Below are positions 36,091 to 48,601 of a stretch of 64,000 nt of DNA, one piece after another. The DNA is from Malacoraja senta (lineage: Eukaryota). The translations under genes were made by a program, and so were the position numbers. The notes below the pieces were generated by a model. It worked only from the letters and a program-made list of their open reading frames with translations. It was not told the DNA's origin and searched no databases. Each line of letters starts with the position of its first letter. The stretch's first letter is position 1. The DNA lies in assembly GCA_038087875.1 (NCBI GenBank), contig JAXLNO010000041.1, positions 124,001-188,000 of the forward strand, in the 5' to 3' direction.

Positions 36091-37234
36091 AGCACAAAGA
36101 TGGCGGTAGAGAGGGCTTCCTGCTGCAATTAAGAAGTGTAAATATGAGTTTTTGCAAACACATCGAGGAGGCACGCAGGATCACGTGATGTGTTGTAGGT
36201 TACACAGACTCACTTCGTCATCGTTTCCGCTCATCGAGCCCTTTACTTTTGCCTACCACGGATGGATTCGGGGGCCGGTGTTGTTGCATGGTTGATACCA
36301 ACTCAGAAAATGTGAGCCGCGCCAGGCTTCCGCGGTGCTAACAATGAGCAAGTGTGGAATCGCTCTCCACTTGTCGGCGGCTGCGATGACATTGGCAATA
36401 AAGCACTCGATGTACTGCGCTCAGCTGCAATGAGCAACATTGCATTCCCCAATCAAGCCTAATATCGCCAATGTAGGGAGCACACAGATGAAGAAGATTA
36501 TGTTTATCCTCGTCGCCAATAAGCGATACATTTTCAATCTCGGTATCATTCATCATCGCACTAACGTTTCTGTTTGCATGCCACGTTGTTATCTTCCCTC
36601 CAGCTAACAATGCTATTCGACATTTCATGGATCACCGTCCGCTTTGTTCTATCGTTTTCACACCTTAATCTTCCATATCTCTAGTCTCCCTCTCCCCTGA
36701 CTCTCAGTCACGACCCCAAACGTCACCCATCTTCTCTCCGGATATGTCTCTTGTCCCGCTGTTACACCAGCATTTTGGGTCTATCTTCGGCAGGGTACTG
36801 CAAGATTTAACTTCCTAAAGTAGAGTACAGGCCAGTGGACATCTACCGCATTGTGGACATTGGGATTAGATTCTGGAATTGATGCGCTACAATGTGGAGA
36901 ACCTTATCCTACACTCTGTATCTTTCCCTTTGCACTATCTATTGCACTTCGGTTTGAATGGGTTCTATTTATGGACCGTTATCTGATCTGCTGGCCAGCA
37001 TGGGAAGCATAGTTTATCAGAGTATCTCTGACCATTATAAATTCTGTTCACACAGATGCCGCCCTCAGCACAGAGCACAGAAAGGTAATCGGTGGGTTTC
37101 AGCTGCGCCGATGATACCGCAAGCCGCCCTCGAGCGAAACTGAGTGAGTTGGGAAGAATTCTCAGGCGGCGGGAAACCACAACCACCAAGCGCGGTGCAG
37201 AGTATCTCGCTGCAGCAGGCAAAGCAGAAGCTGA

Positions 37235-37273
37235 TGTTTTTGTAGGAAGGTTTCACTGGTTTCCATCACTGTG
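37235..37273 (-). promoter_or_regulatory. 23-RSS of V13
   Basis: CACAGTG + 23 nt + ACAAAAACA. Confidence 0.92.
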
Positions 37274-38205
37274 CGGCGAAAGGCGCAGTAATAAACTGTA
37301 GAGTCGCTCAGCTTCAGCCCCGATAGGGTTAATGGGAATGATTTTCTATCGGTCTGGAGCTGAGCAGAGAAGCGAGCGCCTGCAAAATCGGCTTTCTTCT
37401 CGGTTCCATCTGAATATTTATTCAGTATGAACTCGGGCCTTGAGTCCTGATGATGCCGGTACCAAAATAAGAAGTAGCGCGTTTCTGCGGTCTCATAGGT
37501 GCAGCTGAAACTCACGGACTGTCCTTCTACCTTCTGTGCGGACGGCAGCGATTGTGTGACGGTATCTCCATAATTGGGATCTGAAAAAATATATGGATTA
37601 TGTTTAGGTTTGTCATGCGTGCACCCAAATACGCGGCAGACCTTTGTATTACATGCTACCCAAACAGCTCAACTGATAATATACTTAAATACAATCAAAT
37701 TAAACGCACGTTCAATAGATAGATAAAGGGAAGATAGCGGGTGCAGAATAAAGTTATTATTATTGTAGCGAATCAGTTCCAGAGACAAAGGCCAATGTCG
37801 ACACTGGAGTAGATATGCATTGCATGGGTGCCTTGCATATTGGGTGAATCGTGCATTGCCGCGGCTGAGAGGTAGTAAGGAACTGCAGATGCTGACTTAA
37901 ATCGAAGTTAGACACAAAAAGCTGGAGTAACTCAGCAAGCCAGCCTGCCTCTCTTGACATAAGGAATAGGTGACCTGAAGAAGGTTCTCGACCCGAAACA
38001 TTACCTATACCAATTCATTATCTCCATGGCACGTGGATGGCGATTAGATAATACATGGCTTTCCATTTACATATAGGGAAAGATTAGACCGGTTCGCATT
38101 CACAATAATGGTCGACGTTCCGTCCGAGTAAGTAGCCGGATTAACTGCTGCGATTTTACCTATCAGGCATGCTCCCCACACAATCCAAATGGCAAATACG
38201 CGCAT
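37274..38205 (-). CDS. TRAV/TRDV: V13 (family B), apparently functional
   Basis: Leader 38205-38160; V exon 37580-37274 (307 nt) ...FSCTYETAETRYFLFWYRH...DSTVYYCAFR. Confidence 0.9.
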
Positions 38206-39960
38206 TTTCCCTGTGAAAACCCCTTTGTGAAATTCCCTCCTCGACCTGGTGCTATGCGGCTTTCGGATGTCCTCGCCTTTCCTGCTGGTGCTGGTGGTGC
38301 AGTGGTGACGCTGGGCAGGAAGTGACTGACTTCCGCCTACCCCAGCTTCCTCCACAGTTGGGACTCGGTTAGTATTCTTTCAGGTTAAGCATGTTGTGAC
38401 TGGGTGGGGAAGGAAACGTCCTCATCGCTGTAACAGGGGATACTCGGCGCGGCGTTATGAGGAACTCTTAGGTATCATAATGTAAAGGAACTGTGAGGAG
38501 CGGGTCAATGCGGTATTTATAGGTTACTTTGATTGCTGGCGAAATGTACTTTCTGTTTACATTTAATTCCGAGTTCGAAATTATCCCCATTCCCACATCG
38601 AGCCGCATGGAACAGGTTTGATGCGAGATGGATGCAAGTTAGGATGCGAGGCCACCTTCAGAGTATTGCGTACCGTTTTGGGCACATATCATATGAAACA
38701 TGTTGTCAAGCAGGAAAGGGTGCAGAGAATACTTGGGATAATATTGCCAGCACCCAAGGGTCCTAGTTTTGTTTAGTGTAGTTCAGAGATAGAGCGCGAA
38801 AACGGGCCCTTCGGCCAATGGCGTCCGCACCTACCAGCGATTCCCGCACATCAACATTACCCATCACATACTAGGGACACTTTTACATTGATAACAAGCC
38901 AATTAACCTACAAACATGGACGCATTTAGAGTGTGTGATGAAACCCAAGTTCTCGGAGAAAACCCACGCAAGTCGCGGGGAGAGCGTACAAACTGTGTAC
39001 TGACAAGCACCCGTACTCATGATATCCGTGTCTCTGGCACAGTAAGGAAATAGCTATACCGCTACGCCACAGTGCCGCCGTGCCACTGAACTCTGTGGAG
39101 AGAATGAGTTGGCTAGGACTATTCCATGATGCGCAGGGGGATGACGGGTGTAAAAAAATCATGCGACGAATAGATCGGTTAAACGCACTGAGTCACTTGC
39201 CCCGTGCAGGGGAATAGAGAACCAGGTTTAAGGTGTGTTGTGCGGATTTCACAAGAACCAGAGGGGTAAACTTTTTACACAAACGGCGTTGGGGCAGGTG
39301 CTAGCGCAACAGACAGGTACATGCAAAGAATGGACATGGAGAATATTCCTGTTGGGATTAGTGTAGATGGGACATATTGATCGATGTTGGCAGGTTGGAC
39401 CGAAATGCCCGTTCCCACGATGTATGACTTTCTGAGTCCGACTTGGAGAAATCCCCCCTACCATCCCCCTGTTTCCCCTTCCCCTTCCCCGCTTAGGTAC
39501 TCTCGCATTCTCTCACCATCTTGTACCCGAATTCCCTTTGTCCATTAAAATAATGTTTTATTTTACTGTTTCTCCTCATACGTGACAGTAATAAACCAAA
39601 CTAAACTAAACTTGACTTCACGGAACTGAACTGAATTGAACTAAACTGAACGGAACTGAACTGAACTAAACTAAACTTAATGAAATTCACAGACATGATT
39701 TAGAACCGTTCCATGTACAATCCCTTTCAGGTATATACGTGTCGTAACGTTAGCTCATCATTTAACACCGAGCTCCTTGGGTAACACTATTTTGCTTTTA
39801 TTGCTTCAGATTTTCCCTTATAAGTGCAGTGACTCCAGCGCAGCTGTTCCGTCAACAGATAGAACCCACCTCGCTCACCGCTATTGGAGAGCCAACAGAC
39901 AACGAGGGAGCGCTCTGTTTGCCGACGGCATATCAGCAACTTAGCTGATGGACACCGACC

Positions 39961-40701
39961 ATGTGGTTCCTCATTATCTGGATGGCGTGGGGAACTTTTT
40001 TGATAAGTAACAGTGACACACATGCATTTCTTTTCTCTTTTACTTGTGAAACAGGGTATGAATCTCAGACTTTTTTTATTTTTTTTTAAATTTATTAGAA
40101 GTAAGTACAATTGTATACAATCATATTTTCATAATACCTTTCATGTACAGCTTCTTATTTAAATTTTTTTTTGAAATAAAGAAGAAAAAGAAAAAAGTTA
40201 GATAATGAAAAATAGAAAAATGTGAGATATATAGTGTGTGAAAAAGAAAAATAAAGAATGAAATAAGAAAGTTGAGACATAGAAAATAGAAGAGAGAGAA
40301 TAAAAGAAAAGATGAGAAGAAAAGAAAATAGAAGGATCTCAGACTTTAAATCTCGCAGGTCTCATCATTTTTTTCCGTTTGGAGTTATTTTTTACAGATC
40401 ATGGCGGTGCAGATTCTGTCACTCAGTCGCCGCCATTAGCAGTGAAGACAGAAGGAGAAGCAGTGACGTATGAATGCACATACAAAACCCGGGGTGCCTA
40501 CAGTATATACTGGTATCGACAGATGCCGTGCTCAGAGTCCGAGTACACTTTACGGAAAGACAGCGATGGCTATGAACGGAAAGCGGAGTTTGCTGTAGGT
40601 CGTTTCTCTGTCGAACTCCACACCGGGAGTAAATTCATCAGTTGGACCATATCATATCTGGAGCTGAGCAACTCTGCAGTTTATTAATGCACGTTGAGCC
40701 G
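39961..40701 (+). pseudogene. TRAV/TRDV: V14 pseudogene, duplicate of V11
   Basis: Leader 39961-40006; V exon 40398-40701; same TAA in YYC (40685-40687); L1 3'UTR insert in intron. Confidence 0.88.
40074..40335 (-). mobile_element. 262-bp 5'-truncated L1 insertion (3'UTR plus A-tail only) in V14 intron
   Basis: Near-identical to the 3'UTR at ~16370-16660; 12-bp TSD ATCTCAGACTTT (40062-73, 40336-47) at a TTT/AAA site. Confidence 0.88.
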
Positions 40702-40738
40702 CACAGTGATGGAATCAGTATACACGCGTAGAGAAACA
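40702..40738 (+). promoter_or_regulatory. Degenerate RSS of V14
   Basis: CACAGTG + 21 nt + AGAGAAACA. Confidence 0.7.
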
Positions 40739-43700
40739 CCAGGCGCCTCGTGGCTCTGGTTGGAATCCAATGCAAACCTCACACGGGTTCCTGTTTGCGG
40801 TTTCCTGTCATTCTGAGAATTGTTTCCAAAGTCGTATTTGGTACGATTTGCGCAGGTGCGCCGGTGGCTTGCTTCCTATTCGCTGAGATCTGGCAACACT
40901 GTATCTCTTCCTTCCGTTAGTGGTCCCTGTTCTTTTCTATTCTTTGCTCCGTCTCTCACTCTCTTTACAACAGTTTCGAAATGAAAGTCTCGGGCTGCTA
41001 AGCAGGGTTGTCCACTGCTCCGACAGCGCCAGAGACACGGGTGTGAACCTGATCTCGCCGTTGTCGGTGTGTAGTTTTCACGTTCTCCTGTTCGTTCAAA
41101 TAGATCGTAATATATCGGATAGTTGCAGAATATCTTACTCGGAATAGGGGAAGCAAGAACTGGAGGACATGGGTATAAGGTGGAGGGTGGCGGGGTTTGT
41201 GTGTGGCGGGGGGGGGGGGGGGGGGGGGGTTAATAGGGACCTGAGGGGTAAATTTTTCGACACATAGGTGGCGGTGTATGGAAGGAGCTGCCGGAGGAGG
41301 CAGTTAAGGCAGGGACTATCGCAACGTTGAAGAAACATTTAGACATGGACATGGATTGGACAGGTTTAGAGGGACATGGGCAACACGCAGGCAGGCGGGT
41401 GTACTAAAATGCTGGAGTAACTCAGCGGGACAGGCAGCATTTCTGGAGAGAAGGAATGGGTGACGTTTCGGGTCGAGACCCTTCTTCAGACGTCTTCAGA
41501 TGGGGCATGTTGTTCGTCGTGGGCAACTTCGGCCGTAGGACCTGTTTCCACGCTGTATGACTATATGACTATAATTAATTTATTCTTCAATCCCCGACAC
41601 CATTAATTGATTGGTGTTGAGATGCAACATGGAAACAGGCCCTTCAGTCAACAGAGTGCACGTCGACCATCACTCACCCGTTCACATTATTTCTTACTTT
41701 CGCATCTGCTTCCTACGCATGAAGGCAAATTGATCTACAATCTAGCAAGACATTCGAGATATGGGGGGAAACCGGGGGAAACATAAGCGGTCGCATGGAT
41801 AACCTGCAGACTCCACACAGCCAGCACCTCATGTGAAAAAAACCGGAACGCTTCACCACTGTGCCATGGAGGAGGGTTGAGGCGTAATAGAGAAATGGGG
41901 CATCAACGTTTGGAATACAATTTAGCTCATTCGAAAAATAAATTTAATTTAATTTAGTTTAATGATACAACGCAGAAACAGGTCCCTCAGCCCACCGAAA
42001 CCGCACTGACCAGCGACCCCCCACACATTAACATTATCCTACACACTAGGGGGAAATTACACTTACACCAAGGCAATTAACCTACATGCCTGTACGCCAC
42101 TGATCTCGGAGAAAACCGACGAGGTCATGGCGAGAACGTACAAACTCCGTACGGACAACACCCGTAGTCGGGATCGATCCCGTGATTCCGGCGCTGCAAG
42201 TGCTGTAAGGCAGCAACTCTACTGCTGCGCCACCGTGGCCGCCCGGAATTTAATTTGGTTGGGTTGGAATGGTGGGCAGGATATATAATTCACGCGAATG
42301 CGTTGCGGTTTGGAAGCACACCGTGATTGTTGTTATAAGAAGACAACGCATTTTCGCTGAGAATAATAAAGATAGGCACAAAGTCAAAAAAGAATTCCAC
42401 ATGGTAAACCCCCCCTACAAAATAACAAAATAGCCTTCTTCTCCTTCAATGAATAGTGATCTGGTAAATGTTTGATGAAGCGAGGAGTGGATCTCACCAT
42501 TGAAACTGGAGATGAACAACCATTGAATCAATTTGCAGCAATATGAAGTGTGACATATCGTTGTTCAAGTAGAGGAGCGTCTTGGCGTTCAAATCTTCAT
42601 CTCAATCTCGGATTCCATGCCTTTCTCTCAACATCTCCTCTGTGCCATTTTACAAAGCCCTTTGCCTACATATCGCCCTTACTCATGCCTTTGCCCTTAT
42701 CTCCTTTCAGCCCCTGACAAAGTTCGATTGTTATAATATTATTATTACTGGAATTAGTTTTATGTATGTTGTAAGATAATTCATTGAATTAATTGAGAAA
42801 TTCTTGTCACTGTTATTTTGAAGAGCGCGCGCCAGTGTGGAAATCTTTGGCGACTTGATGCCTATCTTTATCATTCTCTTAGAACATTCTTGTTACCGAT
42901 ATTCAACCTGACGTAGTTCACCCCAAGCTCTGCCTCAAAGATTACTGTATTCAGATAAATTATACCGTAGTCCAACAGTAGCAGTGCCCCCCAAGTTCGA
43001 CACTGTAGATCTGTGATTAGTCGGAGTATTTGGCAAATAAGCCTGCAGTGTAGTTACCCGATAGACCAACTAACCGGGATACACGCCTGAGTACACTGTG
43101 CTTGACGATCCATTCCACCTATAGCAATAAAATACCAGGTTATTCAGCCGATCACTTATTTTCGCAGCTGAGTCCAGGCAGATCAATAACATTCGAACAT
43201 TTTAAGACAACGCCTACAATTTCCAGAAAGATATCCAATTTTACGAAGACATGTTTATGTAGCAAGGTGTCTTTATTTGAAATAAAGATAATTTTCATGT
43301 TGCTTGTTTCGCTTCCTTATGTAGCAATTAGGATCGTGCTAAGCGTTTATTTGCTATACGTTACCCTTTCTACCAGAACAGCCTTCCAGTCAATTCTTGA
43401 AAGCAATCAGAAATTGATCCAATTCCCTGTAAATCAGGCCAAACCTTATTTATGCCAGGGAAGGGAACACGGTTGGCAATTTCGCAATGGGTTATTCATT
43501 TTCTGGTTTCCTTATGATGCAGCAGATATTACATTTGCCTTGCGCAATTGAAAACATTGTGGTGCATTAGAGACAAGTCACAAATGACTAGAGATGCTGG
43601 AATCTGCAGCAAAAATAACATTATGTGTTGGTGGAACTCAACGGCGTCTGCCAGACATTGTACAAGAAAATGGAATGCGTGAGACGAGATGTAGTACACG

Positions 43701-45097
43701 GACGGTGAAACCCCGCCTAAGGATTAAAGAATTAGTGGATGGACTCTGGTGAGGGAGAGACTGGTGGAGATAACAGCTGGGCTTGGAACGATGCCTGTTT
43801 CTTCGTTGTCCATATGGAGCATCCTTTGTTGCAAACCCATTCTCGCAAACTTCCCCATTCGGCCTCCCCTACGCGGACTGCGGCTTGTGGACTGCCTCTT
43901 GGAAACATGCAGAACAGGCTAATATTATTAACTTCGCCACTAACGTCCGCCTCGGCCTCCAATTGACTGGAGCCACTTTGCCCCTCCTATTTCATAATCG
44001 TTTTGTCTCTGTGGTTACACCGAATCAACAGATGAGGGGTGATGTAATCTGCAGCAAAAACATAAAACCATTTGCTGGAACAGTGTCCATTTGAACCCTG
44101 TTGGGACCAGTATCCTGGCAAACTGCCCAACGGGGCGGTAGATAGGGCTTCCTGCTGCAAGTGCGATGGTTCATATTGCCCCCACACACCTTCAACATGT
44201 ATCCTCTGGTTCTCTATTCCGCTATACGGGGCAAATGACTCTGTGCGTTTACCCGATCTACTCCTCTCATGGTTTTGGACACCGTTCACCCCCCTGCGCA
44301 TCATGGAATAAAGTCCTCGCCAACTCATCCTCACCATGCTCAGTGGCACGGCGGCACGGTGGCGTAACTGGATAGCTACATTCTTACTGCGCCAGAGACA
44401 CGGGTATGCTGACTACGGGTGCTTGTATGTACAGTTTGTACGCTCTCCCCGTGACTTGCGTGGGTTTTCTCCGAGATCTTGGGTTTACGCCCACAATCCA
44501 AAGACGTACATGTTTGTAGGTTAATTGGCTTGTTATGAATACCTGGACTATGGAACAGCATCCCTCTTCCCATCAGAACAGCCCCCTCCATGAACTCTTT
44601 TAAGTCTAGACTTAAAAGTTATTTCTTCTCTCAAGCGTTTCTTGAGGTCCTCTGTGGGAGCGCTGCATGTATGTACTCATGTATGTATTGTTGATCTATG
44701 TACAACAGTATGTAGCACGTTTAGTACCTGCACTAATGTAAAGCACTTTGCACAACGAGAGTTGTTTTTGAATGTGCTATTGAAATAAAATTGACTTTAC
44801 TTGACTTCATCAATGCAAAATTGTCCCTAGTGTGCGTAGGGTATTGTTGATGTGCGAGGATCACTGGTAGGTGCGGACTTTGTGGGGCAAAGGGCCAGTT
44901 TCCGCGCTGTATCTCTGAATTACACGAATCAAACTCAGTCCCTTGGATGCTGGCAACATCATCGCAAGTTTTCTCTGCACCCTTTCCTGCTGGACACCAT
45001 CTTTCATATGACAAGTGCGCAAAACGGAACGCAATACTATAAAGCTTGCCTCTCGTGCTAACTTGCATCTATCTCGCCTCGAATCCGCTCCTTGCGG

Positions 45098-45175
45098 TTC
45101 GATGTGGGAATGGGGGTCATTTCTAACTCGGAATTATTCGATGTGGGAATGGGGGTCATTTCTAACTCGGAATTA
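45098..45175. repeat. 39-bp tandem duplication upstream of V15
   Basis: ttcgatgtgggaatgggggtcatttctaactcggaatta x2; single copy in the paralog at ~30422. Confidence 0.85.
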
Positions 45176-45525
45176 AATAGAAGCAGAAAGTACATTTCGC
45201 CAGGCAATCAAGGTAACCTATAAATCAACGCATTGACCCGCTCCTCACAGTTCCTTTACATTATGATACCTTAGTGTTCCTCACAAAAGCCGAGCCGAGC
45301 TTCCCCTGTTACAGCGATGAGGGCGTTTCCTTCCCCACATGCCTAAACTGAATGAACGCTAACCGAGTCGCAACTGGGGAGGAAGCTGGGGTAGGGGGAA
45401 GTCAGTCGCTTCCCGCCCATCGTTACCTCTGCGCCACCAGCAGCAACAGTAGAGGCCAGAACATCCGAAAGCCGCACGGCACCAAGTCGATGAGGGAAGT
45501 TCACAAAGAGTTTTTCACAGGGAAA

Positions 45526-46450
45526 ATGCGCGTATTTGCCATTTGGATTGCGTGGGGAGCATGCCTGATAGGTAACATCGCAACAGTTAGTCCGGCTAAT
45601 TGCTCAGACGAAAGGTCGATCATCATTGTGAATGTGAACCGGTCTAATCTTTCCCTATATGTAAATGGAAAGCCGGATACTATCTAATCGCCATCCATAT
45701 GTAATGGAGAAAATGAATTGGTATAGGTAATGTTTCGTGTCGAGACCTTTCTTCAGGTCTTGTATTCCTTTTGTCAAGAGAGGCTGGCTGATCCGCTGAG
45801 CGAATACAACTTCTTGTGTCTAACTTCGGTTTAACTCAACATCTGCAGTTGCTTCCTACCTCTCATCCGCGGCAATGTTCGATTCACCTCGATGTGCAAG
45901 GGAACTATGCGATGCATATCTACCCTAGTGTCGACATTGACCTTTGTCTTTGGAACTGATTCGCTACAATAATAATAATTTATTCTGCACTCTCTATCTT
46001 CCCTTCTTCTATCTATTGAGCGTGCATTTGATTTGATTGTATTTATGTATATTACCAGTTGATCTGTTTGGGTGACATGTAATACAAAGGTCTTCCGCGT
46101 ATTTCGGTGCACGCATGACAAACCTAATCCATATATTTTTCAGATCCCAATTATGGAGTTACCGTCACACAATCGCTGCCGTCAGCACAGAAGGTAGAAG
46201 GAGAGTCGATGAATTTCAGCGGCACCTATGACACCGCAGAAACGTACTACGACTTACTTTGGTACCGGCATCATCAGGACTCAAGGCCCGTATTCATACT
46301 GTGGAAATATTCAAGAGGAAGCGAGGAGAAAGCCGATTTTGCAGGGGATCGCTTCTCTGCCCTGCTCCAGACCGATAGAAAATTAGTCAGTTTAACACTT
46401 TCGGGGCTGAAGCTGAGCGACTCTGCAGTTTATTACTGCGCCTTTAGCCT
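45526..46450 (+). CDS. TRAV/TRDV: V15 (family B): open frame but first conserved Cys replaced by Gly (probably non-functional)
   Basis: Leader 45526-45571; V exon 46144-46450; FSGTYD versus FSCTYD in paralog V12. Confidence 0.85.
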
Positions 46451-46489
46451 CACAGTGATGGAAACCAGTGAAACCTTCCTACAAAAACA
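46451..46489 (+). promoter_or_regulatory. 23-RSS of V15
   Basis: CACAGTG + 23 nt + ACAAAAACA. Confidence 0.92.
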
Positions 46490-48601
46490 TCAGTTTCTGC
46501 TTTGCCTGCTGCAGCGAGATACATCTGCACCGCGCTTGGTGGTTGTGGTTTCCCGCCGCCTGAGAATTCTTCCCAACTCACTCAGTATTTTTCTCGAGGG
46601 CGGCTTGCGGTATCATCGGTGCAGCTGAGACCCACCGACTCCCTTTCTGTGCTCTGAGCTGAGGGCGGCATCTGTGTGAACAGAATCGCCATGTCTGGTG
46701 TCTGGAAAACACATGGATTGGATTTAGATATATAATGGACAGAGATACAGTGATGAATTATGCTTCCCATGCTGGGCAGCAGATCAGATAACGGTCCATA
46801 AATACAACCCATTCAAACCGAAGTGCAATAGATAGAGCAAAGGGAAAGATACAGAGTGCAGAATAAAGTTCTCCACATTGTAGCGCATCAATTCCAGAAT
46901 CAAATCCCAATGTCCGCAATGCGGTAGATGTGCACCGGCCTGTACTCCACTTTATGACGTTAAATCCTGTAGTACCCTGCCGAAGATAGACACAAAATGC
47001 AGGTGGGACAGGAGGCATATCCGGAGTGAAGATGGGTGACGTTTCGGGTCGAGACTGAGATTCAGGGGAGAGGGAGACTAGCGATATGGAACGGTAAGGT
47101 GTGAAAAGGATAGATTAAAACGGACCCTGGTCCAGGAAATGTCTAACATCATTGTTAGCTGGGGGGGGGGGGGAGGCAACAACGTGGCATTCAAACAGAG
47201 ATATTAGTGAGATTATGAATGATAACGAAATTGACAATGTATCTCTTATAAGCGACGACGATCAACATCATCTTCATTATTTGTGTGTTCCCTACAGCAG
47301 TACATCGATTCAGCAGGATCTCAGAGAAGACCCACGAGGTCACGGCGAGAACCTACAAACTCCGTACACAGCACCCGTAGACGGGATCGATCCCGTGTCT
47401 CCGGCGCTGCAAGTGCTGTAAGGCAGCAACTCTACTGCTGCGCCACCGTGGCCGCCCGGAATTTAATTTGGTTAGGTTGGAAAGGTGGGCAGAATAAATA
47501 ATCCTCGCGAATGCTTTGCGGTTTGGAAGCACACCGTGAATGTTGGTACATGACCGCAACACATTTTCGCGGAGAATAATAAAGTTAGGCACCAAGTGAA
47601 AAAAAGGTTTCCACACGCTAAAACCCCCCTTTAAAATAACAAAATGGCCTTCTTGAATAAATTGTGATCTGGTAAATGTTTGATGAAGCGAGGAGTGGAT
47701 CACATCATTGAAACTGGAGATGAATAACCAATGAAATAATTTGCAGCAATTTGAAGCGTGACATTCCGTTGATAAAGTAGAGGAGCGTCTTGGCGTTCAA
47801 AACTTCATCTCAATCTCGGATTCTATGCCTTTCTCTTAACGTCTCCTCTGTGCCATTTTACAAAGCCCTTGCCCACATTTCGCCCCTACTCGTGCCTTTG
47901 GCCTTATCTCCTTTCAGCCCCTGACAAAGCTCGAAATATTATAATATTGTTATCAGTGGGATTAGTTATATGTATGTTGTAAGATAATTAATTGAATTAA
48001 TACAGACATTCTTGTCACTGTTATTTTGAAGAGCGCGCGCCGGTGCGGAAATCTTTGGCGACTTGATGCCTATCTTTAGCATTCTCTTAGAACATTATTG
48101 TTACCGATATTCAACCCGACGTGGTTCACCCCAAGCTCTGCCGCAACGATTACTGTATTCAGATAAAATATACCGTACGTCCAACAGTAGCAGTGCCCCC
48201 CAAGTGCGGCTTTGTAGATCTGTGATTAGTCGGAGTATTTGGCAAATAAGCTTGCAGTGTAGTTACCTGATTGACCAACTAACCGGGATACACGCCTGTG
48301 TACACTGCGATGATGATCCATTCCCTCTATAACAATAAAATACCAGGTTGTTCTGCCGATCACTTATTTTCGCAGCTGAGTTCAAGCAGATCAATAACAA
48401 TCGAACATTTTAAGACACGCCGACATTTTCCAGAAATATATCCAATTTAACGAAGACATGTTTATGTAGCAGCGTGTCTTTGAAATAATGATAATGTTCA
48501 TCTTGCTTGTTTCGCTTTCTTATGCAGGAATTAGGTTCGTGCTAAGCGTTTATTCCGTATATCTTACCCTTTCTACCAGAACAGCCTTCCAGTGCATTCT
48601 T

